Source of the DNA: Macrostomum lignano
Taxonomy: Eukaryota
Direction: 5' to 3'
DNA length: 64,000 nucleotides
Assembly (NCBI GenBank): GCA_002269645.1
Contig: NIVC01000019.1
Location: 682,001 to 746,000, forward strand
Below the pieces are notes generated by a model, which was not told the origin of the DNA, did no database searches, and saw nothing but the letters and a program-made list of their open reading frames with translations. Below are positions 28,620 through 41,845 of this stretch, one piece after another. Numbering within the stretch: position 1 is the first letter of the stretch; each line of letters begins with the position of its first letter. The position numbers and the translations under genes were made by a program.

Positions 28620-30150
28620 TATTCCCAAGTCAGCAAGCATCCCCCAGATAGCAAGCACCCCCCCCCCCAAAAGTAAGCAACTGCAGATAGCAAGCATCCC
28701 CTAATGCTCATAGCAAGCATCACCCCAGATAGCAAGCATCTGTAGACAGCAAGCATACTCCAGATAGAAGCATCTATCCTGATAGCAAGCATCCTATAGA
28801 TAGCAAGCATCCCTCAGATAGAAGCATCCACCCAGATTGCAAGCATTCTGCAAATAGCAAGCATCTCCCAGATAGAAGAATCCACTCAGATAGCAAGCAT
28901 CCTGCAGATAGCAAGCACCCCCCCCCCAGATATTATAGAAGCATCCTGCAGATAGCAAGCAGCCCCCAGATATTATAGAAGCATCTACCCAGATAGCAAG
29001 CATCCTGCAGATAGCAAGAATCCAGCTAAATAGCAAGCATCCCTAGATAGAAAGAATCCCATACATGTAGCTAGTACCCCCCCTCCTCCCAAATAGCAAG
29101 TATCCCCCCCCAAGATCAAGTATCCTCCAGATAGCAAGCATCCACAAGACAGCAAGTAGCTAGTGCAAATGTTACTTCCGCTAATGCAATAACCGCTTTC
29201 TTAGGTTGTGCAACAATCCACGTCTTAGCAAGAGCAATAATCTCATTTTTAGACAGCGCAATAATCAGCTTCTCAGCTAGTGCAATAATCCTTTACTCAT
29301 CAAGTCCAAAAATCAATGTCTCAGCTAGTGCAACAGCCCTTTCTAATCTAGTGCAATCCTTGGCTTATCAAGTGCAATATTCCTTATTATCAAAGTGCAA
29401 TAATCCTTGGCTTATCAAGTGCAATATTCCTTATTATCAAAGTGCAATAATCCTTGGCTTATCAAGTGCAATATTCTTTATTATCAAGTGCAATAATCTA
29501 TGGCTTATAGAGGTCGGACGGGATCCCGATCCCGATCCCGAAATCTCGGGATCCCGAGGAAAATTGAATTCCCGCGGGACCAGAATCCTGACCCTAAAAA
29601 ACTCGAGATTTGGGAACAGGTCTTTCGATTAATAATTTATAGAATTAGTGATTACTTGAAAGTATTTTGCTTTAAGTTGTACTTGTTACATTATTTACTT
29701 TGTTGGTTACAAAACTTCATATCAATTTTGTTGTGTTTTACTTCTTGATCTTGACAATCTTTTCTCAATTTTGTTTAACTTTACATGGACAATACACTAA
29801 AAGACCTGATCCCAATTCCCGAATCTTGATCCTGATCCTGATCCCGAGAAAAAAATTATTCCCAATCCCGATCCCGCCCGAAGATTTCAATCCCGTCCAA
29901 CCTCTAATGGCTTATCAAGTGCAGTAATCTTTGGTTTATCAAGTGCAATAATATTGGGTTTATCAAGTGCAGTAATCCTTGGTTTATTAAGTGCAATAAT
30001 CCTTGGTTTATCAAGTGCAATATTCCTTGGTTTATCAAGACATGCAATAATCTTTGGCTTATCAAGTGCAATGATCTTTGGTTTATCAAGCGCAGAAATC
30101 TTTGGCTTATCAATTGCATTAATCTTTGGTTTATCAATTGCAGTAATCAT
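28620..30150. repeat. 18-bp GATAGCAAGCATC... array then ~23-bp CTTGGCTTATCAAGTGCAATAAT array
   Basis: Direct inspection; second array is interrupted by MITE 29508-29906. Confidence 0.85.
29508..29906. mobile_element. hAT-like MITE (399 bp) inserted in a minisatellite
   Basis: 17-bp TIR TAGAGGT(C/T)GGACGGGAT; 8-bp TSD ATGGCTTA; subterminal ATCCCG repeats. Confidence 0.85.
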
Positions 30151-31754
30151 TTTTTTCTAGCATTCTTACAATTACAATGCATTTTTTAAATTGCATATTG
30201 GACCTTTTTGGCAAATAATTTGGTTGATTTTTCTGTTTTTTATATCATTACAGCCAAAAATTGATACATGCAAAGATTTGTTTAAATGCTTAATTGCAAG
30301 CTTACAAAAACCCAAAAAGCTTAACATTTACAATTAAAAATGAACTTTTTTCATTTTTTTCTACTTCACAATAACTCTTCTCTGTGATTCTATAAAGTGT
30401 ACACTACACCAGGTGTGCACACACTATTTTTGTAGGAGTGATACATGCCAACTGTGCATGCCTACTTTTGGCATGCAAAGCCAATGATCTGGGAGTGTGG
30501 ATTCATATGTACATTTTAGAAATAAGGGTTATGAATCATTATCAACAACATAATAACATACACTAGTACTAGTCATGAGATGCCCATGAACCATTCCATA
30601 GAAGTTACATACAACCTGGTTTCTGCACTGTATAAAAAATCCCGTGTAACTAGAACTTTGGCGAAAGTTGATAAACAAGTTTAACACTGATACTTAGGAA
30701 TAATATTCTTTTGCAAAGTCTGCAACAGACTTTTTACCTACTACCCACAATCTACGAATCTACAACATGAGATGAGATAGGGTTTTGCTAATAATGCTAA
30801 CACGAAGAAACTAAGAATTTGTTTGCTTGATTACTGATTTAGTAGCTTGTTTGCTTGATGTATCTAATAACTGATTAAATTAATTTTCACACCGAAATTA
30901 GGGATTATGGCGCCATATCCAAAGTTCAGACTAATTTTCAAGCGCTGCATAGAATTCAGTACATTCTTGTAAAATAGTGATGTTGAAAAAATGTTAACTA
31001 CTGTACATGGAATAACAAAACGTTTAGGTTTGACGTTTTCTGAAGGAAACCTCGCTTATCTTAAGACACTTGATTTACTTAGACAGTTAAAAACGGTAAG
31101 TTCTACAATTTAAACTACGTATTTTTATACATTTGTTTTCGTCATTCTTCTGAAATAAAAAAGACGTTTCTAGAAATTTCTTAATCATTGACCGTCGACT
31201 GGATGGTGGCAATTAGGGCACTCTTTTTTATAGGCCCAATGCTTGTTTTGGTTCTAGAACCAGATACAATTTATAACGTATAGGCCCCCTAACTTTGCCT
31301 TCTAAACTAGACGGATATAGGCCCCCTATCGTGTCCGTGATAATTGAATAGCAGTAGCCAATAAGAAAAGAAAGTGAAAAATCATGTAGAGTGAGGCTGT
31401 TAAGACAGTCAAACATTCAAGAAAGTTAATAATAGTTATACTCATTTTTCTCGTGGAAGACCCGAACCAATTCTGGTTCTGGAATTGGTAATGTGAAAAG
31501 CCTATTAGTTCTACACAAGCGATTCCCATTTAGTTAGGCCCTAGGCCTATATTGTCTTTCAGACTGATCGGGTCTACTTGCACTTTATTGTGGGCCTAGG
31601 GCCTACTTCTGGTGGTTCTGCCTCTGAGAGTCAGAGCCCCTCAGTGGCCCTCTCTCACAACTAAGCTAAGCTAATATAGTTTTTTTATCCTACTAGGCCT
31701 AGTACTAGCCTTGCCTGCTAGGCCAAAGAGCAAATAGCCTATAGGCCCCTAGTA

Positions 31755-32374
31755 CCATAGTCAGGAAGGTGTCCAGTGTACGCCGGAATGAAAATTAAGA
31801 AAAAATGTTGTGTACGCCAAAATTGAAAAGCCCTAAAAAAGCGCTTTTTGACGTACGCCAAAATTTGAATAGCCCAAAAAAGCGTACGCCAAAATTTGCA
31901 ACTTAAATCTTAACTTACCTGTATGTCATCTGTTGTAACGTGAAGAAATCTAAAATACTAAAGTAATTATTGTACAGAATTAGTTAATAAGTTAAAATAA
32001 ATAACTGACTTACACAAAACTTTAGTAAAGTTTTGTTAACAATAAATCAGATTTAAAATTTACGTAATTTCAGCGTTTTAAAGATGAAAATAGATTTACC
32101 AATTCACTAAAATTGAACGATATACAATACTTTGTCGAAGTAATTGGGTTGTTTGCAGGTTTTTTAAACGTTTGTTCGTACGCCAATCACATGCAAATAT
32201 TGTAGGCCGATTTTTGGACAGATTTTTGCATGCGAAAACTGTGTTGTGTACGCCAAGAACTCTGTACGCCATTTTTCGGACCGCGTGTACGCGAAACTGT
32301 ACGCCATTTTTTGGGGGGGGGGGGGCTGATGTACGCCGGAAAATTCCGGCGTACGGACACCTTCCTGACTATGG
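31755..32374. mobile_element. hAT-like MITE (620 bp)
   Basis: TIR CCATAGTCAGGAAGGTGTCC(AGT)GTACGCCGGAAT; 8-bp TSD CCCTAGTA; many internal GTACGCC motifs. Confidence 0.82.
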
Positions 32375-32743
32375 CCCTAGTAATCCTGCTAATCCATTAT
32401 GCATTCAATTTCTAGGCCTATCACTTTCAGAATCAGATTCAGCAGCACTAGACCAGCCTTACAACTTAGGCTCATGAATTGAAATTCAAATATTTTTTTG
32501 GTATTTATTATTGTTAGGCTATGATAACCATAAAAATTATAAAATAGCTATTTTTACAGTTAACACAAAAACATGTCATCTAAATTAAGTAACAAACTTC
32601 TAGCCCTATTGAATAAAAAATAAATAAATATGCTATTAATATGTTGATACAATGTTTGTCATTTCTGGTATTTCTTGTTATCAACTTAGGCTTAGCTAAG
32701 GTTATTTGACCTTATTGTTAAAACTTAGGCCTACGCCTAGTAC

Positions 32744-33281
32744 CTTTTAAACTTTGTCCAACTTGGAATATTCTGACCATTATTTTGACTTATAATTTAA
32801 CTGCATTACAAGTTGGAATAATGGTCGGAATGATATTTAGACTCTTGCAGTATATTTTATTTAATAATTAGTCTAAATAGGGGCCTAAGAGTTGGACTGA
32901 TATTTAGATTCTTGCAATGTATTTATTAACAATCAGTCAGAATTAAGAGTTGGAATGGCATTTAGACTTTTGCAATATATTAAATAATCTGTCAAATTAA
33001 AATTTGGAATGATATTTAGTTTAGACTAATTGCAATATATTAAATAACTAGGCCTAGTCAAAATAAGAGTTGGAATGATATTTAGACTCTTGAATGTATT
33101 TATTAATAATCAGTCAGTATTAAGAGTTGGAATGATATTTAGACTCTTGCAATGTATTCAATTATCAGTTGGAATAAGAGTTGGAATATTCCAACCATTA
33201 TTCCAACTCATAATTTTACCATATTAGGCCTACAAGTTGGAATAACATTTAGAATATTCCAAGTTAGACAAAGTTTAAAAG
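32744..33281. mobile_element. TIR element with internal ~58-bp tandem repeats
   Basis: 31-bp inverted ends CTTTTAAACTTTGTC(C/T)AACTTGGAATATTCT; no TSD seen. Confidence 0.55.
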
Positions 33282-34293
33282 TTAGGCCTAGTTAATAATA
33301 TAAATAAATTTTTTGTAGCTAATAATAAATAGCTATTTTGCTTTTCAACCTATAGTGACTATAAAAAACCATTTTGCTACTTATTGTTATATGGTTATAT
33401 CAAGCTTAAACCCTAAATCCAAATATGAGCATATTGTTTTATGTATTGACTATAAAAATAATAGTTTTGCTATTTATATAATCTTTATAATAATAGCAAT
33501 GGCCCTATTTATATAGTTGAATCGAGTTAAAACTTTAATCCAAAGTGCAATGTGCGAATAAATATATTTGTTTTTTGCATTGGAAATAAGAATAACCACT
33601 TTATTATTTATATCGTCATTATAACAATAATATTATAATTGCTATAAAAACTAGAATTTTCATTCTAGCATAGGCCTAGGCCTATATATATATATCATAA
33701 TTTATAGACTAGGCCTAGGGCTATGTAGTAAATAATGTAAGTAACTAGAAGCAAAAAGATAATTGGAGTAAAGTATTAGTTGTTGCCTTATGAAATGATA
33801 TAAGAAAATATAATTGGCCTATCTAAAAACTTGAATACTCTATAATATTAATATATATTATAATATAATAGATAAGCCTAGGCTATTTCATCAATGTTAA
33901 CCAATCAATAAAATTAGAAATGACAATGCATTGCTTTATAACATGGATAATATAAATAATTCTTAATATATATGATATAAACTAAATTAGAAATTTGGAT
34001 ATTTATTGGTATTCTCAATCAATTAGGCTTAGCTAATAAATAGATTTCAAGTTTTCTTGATAAGAATGATTAATGATTAGGCTTAGATAAATTATATAAA
34101 TAATTTCAAATTGTCCTTTGGTAAATTGTTAGGATAATATTAGTTATTAAAAGGTAGTAATAAATACCTTATACTTTGTACTTTTATAATTGTTAAAATA
34201 ATTAAAGTTGTTGTCAATATTTTAAGAGGTCTAGTTAAAGTGTTCTATTGTTTATTAGGGCTCTATATGTCAAAACTATGGCCATACATACAT

Positions 34294-34450
34294 AACCTTG
34301 GGAATCACTTGGCCGTCGCCCATTTCTATTGGCAACACACACATAAGTTGCTATTGGCTGGGAGCAGTCATGTGACTATGTTCTATTCCATCCAATAGCG
34401 ACTTACATGTGTGTGTTGCCAATAGAAATGGCCAGGTGAATCCCTAGGTT
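34294..34450. mobile_element. Foldback/MITE-like imperfect palindrome
   Basis: About 60-bp arms AACC.TGGGA.TCAC.TGGCC..CATTTCTATTGGCAACACACACAT..AAGT.GCTATTGG in inverted orientation. Confidence 0.65.
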
Positions 34451-34537
34451 TGTGCCCAAGCATGACTATGGCTATTAGAGATTTATAAAATGGTTTTCAA
34501 TAGGCAATACTTTTAGCTACCATAGGCATAATTTATT

Positions 34538-34861
34538 TAATAATAAATTAATAATGATGATAATAATAATTATTCATTACACATTCCCTAATTAAGCCAG
34601 ATGTGCAACCAATAGCTCAGTCATAGCTATTGCACAGTGCATCTGAAGGCTGCATATGGCTGTTCAGTCCATGGACTAGGGGCTAGCACATACCCTCAAT
34701 TACCCCAGCTAATGCTGGCATCCATTTTACAGCTGGGTGAACTGAAGCAATGCAGAGCTAAGTGCCTTGCTCAAGGACACAAATTGTTCTTGGGATCGGG
34801 AATTGAACCCCCGACCCTCAAGTTGCGAGTCTGACGCTCTAGCCACTAGGCTACAGCCCCC
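34538..34861 (-). mobile_element. tRNA-derived CORE-type SINE, copy 1
   Basis: Minus strand GGGGCTGTAGCCTAGTGG (A box) ... GGTTCAATTCC (B box); central GTGTCCTTGAGCAAGGCACTTA...CTGTAAAATGG resembles the CORE domain; (TTA)n tail. Confidence 0.8.
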
Positions 34862-34933
34862 TAAATTGAAATAACTCAGTATAGTTATTTTAAACTAGAA
34901 GGTAGTATTGTATGAAACGCTGAAACTTAATGC

Positions 34934-35425
34934 ATGAATTCGCTTAAGCTTCTCACTAATGCTGGCGCCAATGGTCGGCGCCTGGTGCTGTTGGCGCCGT
35001 CTGTCGGGCGCGGTCTCGCCTCCCGCGCCACCGGCCGCGCTAGATTCGCTGGCCGAGTGGCCGCCCAGCCGGCCGGCGCTTCGGCCAAGCAGCCGCTGGG
35101 CGAAAGAATCGCCGGCCTGTCGTTGAGCCTCGGCCAGGGCGCGGCTATGGGCGGCGCGGCGCTCGGCCTTGGCGCCCTGTGCTGGTACGGCGCCGGGCTG
35201 AATAGCCAGCCTAGCGCGCTGGACAAGAGCGTGGCCTGGCCGGCCTACGCCAGGCAGCGAATCCGGGACACCTACGCCTACCTGGGCCTGGGCGTGGCCA
35301 GCTCCGCCGCCGCCACCGTGGCCGCCTTTCGATCGCAAAAGTTGATGCGGCTGCTGCATAGCGGAGGCTGGATGTCCATCTTGCTGAGCTCGGCTGCCTG
35401 TATTGGCAGTTGCATTGCTGTACAG
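34934..35425 (+). CDS. GHITM: Growth hormone-inducible transmembrane protein (TMBIM5/MICS1), exon 1
   Basis: Arg-rich N-terminus resembling a mitochondrial presequence; GLGALCWYG and WPAYARQRIRDTYAY motifs; CAG|GTAAGA donor, phase 0. Confidence 0.9.
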
Positions 35426-35592
35426 GTAAGAAAGAAATCAGGCTTGTTCAAGGATCTTGAATATAAGCTTTAAATCTGTGATGCTTGGGTAAACGGCTGG
35501 AGTAACTGGATTATATCATGATACGTAAATGCTTCGCCAGCTAATTAGTAATTAAAATTTTAACTTACCTAAATATTTTTCAACCTCACCAG

Positions 35593-36078
35593 ATGCTGCC
35601 CTACCAGCCTGGCTTGGGCGCCAAGCAGCTGGCCTATATGGGCTTCTCCGGCCTCATGGGCTGCTTCATCGCTCCCGTCTGCGTCCTCGGCGGCCCTCTG
35701 GTGCTCCGGGCCGCCCTGTACACCGGCGGAATCTTCGGCGGCCTGACGGCAGTGGCCGCCTGCGCTCCCGACAAGAAATTCCTCACCTGGGGCGGCCCGC
35801 TGTCCATCGGTTTGGGCGTCGTGTTTGTCAGCAGTCTTGGCTCCGCTTTCCTCGGTCCAGCCTCCGCTGCCGGCCTCACCATGTACTCGGTGTCCACCTA
35901 CGGCGGCCTGCTGCTGTTCAGCGGCTTCCTGCTGTACGACACCCAGCTGGTGGCCGACAGAGCCGTCAGCCTGCCGCACTACGACCCGGTCAATCAGGCG
36001 GTGCACGTCTACATGGACGTGCTGAACATCTTTGTCCGCATTGTCAGCATTATGGCCGGCGGTGGTAGGAAGAAATGA
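35593..36078 (+). CDS. GHITM: GHITM exon 2 (Bax-inhibitor-1 family domain)
   Basis: CACCAG acceptor; RAALYTGGIFGGL..VAACAPDKKFLTWGGPL...FLLYDTQ...YDPVN...YMDVLNIFVRI; TGA stop. Confidence 0.93.
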   Translation: MLPYQPGLGAKQLAYMGFSGLMGCFIAPVCVLGGPLVLRAALYTGGIFGGLTAVAACAPDKKFLTWGGPLSIGLGVVFVSSLGSAFLGPASAAGLTMYSVSTYGGLLLFSGFLLYDTQLVADRAVSLPHYDPVNQAVHVYMDVLNIFVRIVSIMAGGGRKK

Positions 36079-36557
36079 TGAGGTTAGCAAATTAATATAC
36101 GAGTATCATTGAGTTGGGACTCAAACTTTGTGATTATTAATAATGCTTCTGTGTCAGTCCGACTTTCGTCAGATGATCGTTTTTCAGTTTCGTCTGTTTC
36201 ATACCATGCTACTATCGGTCAGTAGGATAGTTTGCGCATGTCTTGAATAATTCAATTCGAGACGCTTATTATTTATCCAGCAACTGAGCTGCTGCGCCTC
36301 GAAACTGAGGTGCTCGTGGGCGTTTTTTAATCATCTATAAAACCGCTACTTTTTCCATGAAATGTGTTAAATACACCTGTAAAGCTCCATCCGGAACCAC
36401 CAGCTTTTGAATAATTGAAAAGTTTCTGGAATAGAAAACGCGGACTGACATTATTAAAATAAAATTTTTTGCTTCTGTCTTTTTGTTATTTTAACTTTCA
36501 AAACTTTGCCCGTCCGATTGGTACCTGCCCTGAGATTCACTCCTGATGTCTTCTCAG

Positions 36558-37357
36558 TGTTGTGATGGGGCTCAAGGGCTGGGTCCTTTCGTGCCCCATT
36601 CCCAGACCCGGGTTCGCGCACTGACCCTGGCTGCGGTCCTCCACTGACACGCGTACGACGCGGTGTCCGTCGGGACCAGGCTGCTCGAGCGTACGACGCA
36701 GAGCTGCTTGGGTTGGGATCGGCGTACGACGCACTTAACTTAATCCCTCTAAGGTGCCTAGTACAGATGCAGACCCAAATGACTTGCAAATTGGAAGGCT
36801 TACCAGCAGCGATTTCGGTCGTACAATTCGAGAACAGCGCCGACAGAGCAGTGGGAGTATCGATATTCTTTAATTGTATTTGTAGGACAATTCGGACACT
36901 TAATAGCAACCAACGCTGGCAAAATCACCGGAGAGCCACGAAGACGACAGGAATGGGGTCTCACGGGGGTCCGAATAAATAGGCAGCAAACTAGGGGTTG
37001 AGGGCGCGGGATAAAGGCAGAAAAGGGGGCTTAGACAACAGCATGGGACACACATAAGCCGTACCAGCCAATCACAGGGGCGCAGCACGGCAGACTGGGA
37101 CTGGCAGCCAATCACGATCTACAGGGGCGGGGCAGCTAGGCTAACAAAATAATGGGGCGGTGTCGCACGCAAAGAATGGGGGGGGTCGCACGCAGAGAAT
37201 GGGGGTTGAATAACAGACAAGGCCTAGGCAGAGAGGGGGGAGGGTACGCACGCGCAGAAGTGAAGGGGGGTGAGTCAGAAAATATCTGAGGAGGGGGGAG
37301 AGGCCGGCCAGACTGGCCTGGCGTAGAATAGTGCACTCAACTCAAGTTACAATAACA
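36558..37357 (-). mobile_element. Possible solo LTR (800 bp)
   Basis: TGTT...AACA termini; on minus a GC box, two CCAAT boxes, TATTTA and then ATTAAA in U3-R order; no TSD match. Confidence 0.3.
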
Positions 37358-37369
37358 CATTCATGACAT

Positions 37370-37760
37370 GAGATTCACTCCTGATGTCTTCTGAGATTCA
37401 CTCCTGATGTCTTCTGTGATTCATTCCTGATGTCTTCTGAGATTCACTCCTGGTGAATTCTGAGATTCACTCCTGACAACCGAGATTCACTCCTAAAGAC
37501 TTCTTCTGAGATTCACTCCTGACGACTGAGATTGACTCCTGACGAATTCTGAGATTCACTTCTGACGAATTCTGAGATTCACTCCCGACGACTGAGATTG
37601 ACTCCTGACGAATTCTGAGATTCACTTCTGACGACTTCTAAGATTCACTTCTGACGACTTCTAAGATTTACTCCTGACAACCGAGATTCACTCCTGACGA
37701 TTTTTTTCTGAGATTCACTCCTGACGACTTCTCCATTCCTAAAGACTTCCTTCTAAGATT
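37370..37760. repeat. ~23-bp GAGATTCACTCCTGA... degenerate array
   Basis: Direct inspection; an orphan monomer is also present at ~36531-36554. Confidence 0.88.
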
Positions 37761-38569
37761 AACTTCTAAAGAATTACCTCTGAGAAGAGCTATAGTCTGA
37801 GAAATCAACCTCACACCAGTCCCCGGGGATTGGTGAGTCACTTGAAAATGCTGGTGAGATTAATTACTGAGATTCACTCCACTCAAATCCTGTTGTTGTC
37901 AGCGGTTTGAACTGAGGTTGAAATACCAAGCTGAATGTTTCTGCTTCCAGGCCAAGAAATTGTTTTCATTGTTCTGTCACGCTTTTGCAGTTTGCCTCAC
38001 TGCTAGACAATTTATTGGGCTTTTTAAACAATCAAATTTTATTTGAAGAAAGATGAGATTTCCTATTAGCGATGTAAGCCTCATAAAGGATGCAGGAAGT
38101 GGAGGGCCACAGTGGTGCAGCAATTCATTTCTGCTGCAAGGATTTCTTTAATCAATTCCGTTTAAAAAAGCTTGTTGTTGCGGCACACGTGCTCGGCAAG
38201 CCATTGTAGAATTATTGAAGGCAGCTTAGGTTTTCACCGATTTGCCGCCAGAAGAGATTTCTTCATGGAGAGGTTGGGCTAAGCAGGCGCCTGTCTGCAT
38301 GTGGTTACCTTGCTGTTTCACTTGATTAATTTTCTTGGCCACAGGGACTACTGACAGCTAATAAACACTTGGAATGGACGAAGGGTTTCAAGTGCGCTAG
38401 AGATCCATGGTATTGTAATATCTATCTGTCTTGGGTGGCGCTTGTCTCTTGGTGGGCGCCCCAACTGTCTCTTGGTAAGGTACCCCATGTTTATTGGCAA
38501 GGCACCCCATGTCTATTGGTAAGGCACTCTATGTCTATTGGGACTGGAAGTTGGGTCTGGAGGGTGAGA

Positions 38570-39240
38570 ACTAAAGGGTGGGGTCTAGCTGGAGGGTGAG
38601 AACTAAAGGGTGGGGTCTAGCTGGAGGATGAGGACTGGAGGGTGGGGTCTAGCTGGAGGATGAGGACTGGAGGGTGGGGTCTAGCTGGAGGGTGAGAACT
38701 GGAGGGTGGGGACTGGAGGGTGAGAACTGGAGGGTGGGGACTGGAGGGTGAGAACTGGAGGGTGGGGACTGGAGGGTGAGAACTGGAGGGTGGGGACTGG
38801 AGGGTGGGGTCTAGCTGGAGGGTGAGAACTGGAGGGTGGGGTCTAGCTGGAGGGTGAGGACTGGAGGGTGGGGACTGGAGGGTGGGGACTGGAGGGTGAG
38901 AACTGGAGGGTGGGGTCTAGCTGGAGGATGAGGACTGGAGGGTGGGGACTGGAGGGTGGGGTCTAGCTGGAGTATGAGGACTGGAGGGTGGGGTCTAGCT
39001 GGAGGATGAGGACTGGAGGGTGGGGACTGGAGGGTGAGAACTGAAGGGTGGGGTCTAGGTGGAGGGTGAGAACTGGAGGGTGGAGACTGGAGGGTGGGTC
39101 TAGCTGGAGGATGAGGACTGGAGGGTGGGGACTGGAGGGTGAGAACTGGAGTGTGGGGTCTAGCTGGAGGGTGAGAACTGGAGGGTGGGGTCTAGCTGGA
39201 GGGTGAGGACTGGAGGGTGGGGACTGGAGAGTGGGGACGG
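38570..39240. repeat. G-rich GGACTGGAGGGTGGGG/GGTCTAGCT repeat
   Basis: Direct inspection. Confidence 0.92.
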
Positions 39241-39699
39241 GAATGTGACTTCCAGCCCTGCCGCGTGTTCGCATATGCGTGATGAATCATCGTGTAAAAA
39301 ATTAGAATTAAAGGGAATGATTTACCTTATTAAACTTTCTCAAGAATTATGAGTAGCATGCATGCTGCGTAGCATTTCCACTAGAGAGAAATTGGCTCTA
39401 TATTTTATAGTTAAACTTTGCTCGTAGTGTCCGGTGATGTAAGAAATTACCGATGTATTTCTGGCGCATGGATGCTCTTCAGTGTTTATTTATGCATTTA
39501 AAATGAGGCCGAAAATGGAGGTACGAGTGCACTTAGCTGCAAATTCTCTTTTTTGCCTGTAGTCTGTTGCTGCACCAGCAGAAGATCAAAGGGAATATTC
39601 TGGTTGAGGAAAATTATCCAGCAATAGGTCTCCTTTAGAAGCGTTTCAGTCGTTGCAGGTTCGTGTAATCTTTTTGTCTGACCACTGCAGCCAGAGAGC

Positions 39700-40485
39700 T
39701 GCCGCTACCCGCCTTCAGCTCCTGGAGTGAGCTGCCGCTACCCGCCCTCAGCTCCTTGAGTGAGCTGCCGCTACCCGCCCTCAGCTCCTTGAGTGAGCTT
39801 CCGCTACCCGCCCTCAGCTCCTTGAGTGAGCTTCCGCTACCCGCCCTCAGATCCTTGAGTGAGCTTCCGCTACCCGCCCTCAGATCCTGGAGTGAGCTGC
39901 CGCTACCCGCCCTCAGCTCCTTGAGTGAGCTTCCGCTACCCGCCCTCAGATCCTTGAGTGAGCTTCCGCTACCCGCCCTCAGATCCTGGAGTGAGCTGCC
40001 GCTACCCGCCCTCAGCTCCTGGAGTGAGCTTCCGCTACCCGCCCTCAGATCCTTGAGTGAGCTTCCGCTACCCGCCCTCAGATCCTGGAGTGAGTTGCCG
40101 CTACCCGCCCTCAGATCCTGGAGTGAGTTGCCGCTACCCGCCCTCAGATCCTAGAGTGAGCTGCCACTACCCGCTCTCAGATCCTGGAGTCAGCTGCCAC
40201 TACCCGCCCTCAGATCCTAGAGTGAGCTGCCACTACCGGCCCTCAGATCCTGGAGTGAGCTGCCGCTACCCGCCCTCAGATCCTAGAGTGAGCTGCCGCT
40301 ACCCGCTCTCAGATCCTGGAGTGAGCTGCCGCTACCCGCCCTCAGCTCCTAGAGTGAGCTGCCGCTACCCGCCCTCAGATCCTAGAGTGAGCTGCCGCTA
40401 CCCGCTCTCAGATCCTGGAGTGAGCTGCCACTACCTGCCCCTCAGCTCCTTGAGTGAGCTGCCACTACCTGCCCCTCAGCTCCTT
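39700..40485. repeat. 33-bp GAGTGAGCTGCCGCTACCCGCCCTCAGATCCTG minisatellite
   Basis: Direct inspection. Confidence 0.95.
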
Positions 40486-41024
40486 TAATGAGCTCTCCAA
40501 ATCTAATAGTAAAAAAGTCTGGTCTTGCAGAATATTGCCTGGACAAAAAAGCTACTCGTATTTAATTTGTGAAATGGAGCCCGTCAGTGCCACAAACACA
40601 AGCCACGATTAACAATTCAGCTGGCGCATCTTGTCGGTCAAATCACCAACTAACAGCTGGGAGAGTTGCACTTGACTAAGCCCAAGATTAAAAAGTGCGC
40701 AATAAAAGTTCACCCCGTTGTAGCTCCGGTTGGCACTGCTCACAGACCAGACGATATGGTCGGATCGAACTCAGTTTATGGCAGTTCATCAAGTCAATCG
40801 ATGCTAAGCAACTACAACTCAGACTCTATGATTGCGCTAGCTACGGACGGATGGCGTATAATTAATAATCAGATCGTGCCGCTGGGTTTTGGGCCGCTAA
40901 ATATTGGTCTGCTAAACTTATCAGCTCAAGAATGTGAGACTGGGATTTCCTCTGTCGATATGGGCCCCCTGAATATCTACTAAGTAATTCCATGCCATTT
41001 GTTCGCGGAGTCTTGACCACAACC

Positions 41025-41845
41025 CGAGACTGGCCCCCCAACCCGAGACTTGCTCCCCCCCAACCCGAGACTTGCTCCCCCCAACCCGAGACTTGCTCCC
41101 CCCAACCCGAGACTTGCTCCCCCCCCCAACCCGAGACTTGCTCCCCCCCAACCCGAGACTTGCCCCCCAACCCGAGACTTGCCCCTACCCAACCAGAGAT
41201 TTGCCCCCCTCAACCCGAGACTTGCCCCCCAACCCGAGACTTGCCCCCCAACCTGAGACTTGCTCCCCCCCAACCCGAGACTTGCCCCCCAACCCGAGAC
41301 TTGCTCCCCCCCCCCAACCCGAGACTTGCTCCCCCCCCCAACCCGAGACTTGCTCCCCCCCCCCAACCCGAGACTTGCTCCCCCAACTCGAGACTTGCCC
41401 CCTACCCAACCAGAGATTTGCCCCCCTCAACCCGAGACTTGCCCCCCAACTCGAGACTTGCCCCCTACCCAACCAGAGATTTGCCCCCTCAACCCGAGAC
41501 TTGCCCCCCAACTCGAGACTTGCCCCCTACCCAACCCGAGACTTGCCCCCCAACCCGAGACTTGCTCCCCCCCCAACCCGAGACTTGCCCCCCAACCCGA
41601 GACTTGCCCCCCCAACCCTAGACTTGCTCCCCCAACTCGAGACTTGCCCCCCCAACCCGAAACTTGCCTCCCCCCCAACCCGAGACTTGCCCCCCAACCC
41701 TAGACTTGCTCCCCCAACTCGAGACTTGCCCCCCCCAATCCGAAACTTGCCCCCCCCAACCCGAGACTTGCCTCCCCCCAACCCTAGACTTGCTCCCCCA
41801 ACTCGAGACTTGCCCCCCCCCAACCCGAGACTTGCCCCCTCAACC
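41025..41845. repeat. ~20-bp AACCCGAGACTTGCCCCCC minisatellite
   Basis: Direct inspection. Confidence 0.95.

Noticed and set aside
34780-34861. tRNA gene
   Set aside because: The tRNA-like head continues into a SINE body shared with two other copies, and acceptor-stem pairing is not evident
40666-40983. 105-aa non-repetitive ORF; similar cases at 36454-36909 and 57986-58423
   Set aside because: No motif, no convincing splice sites, and non-coding-like codon usage
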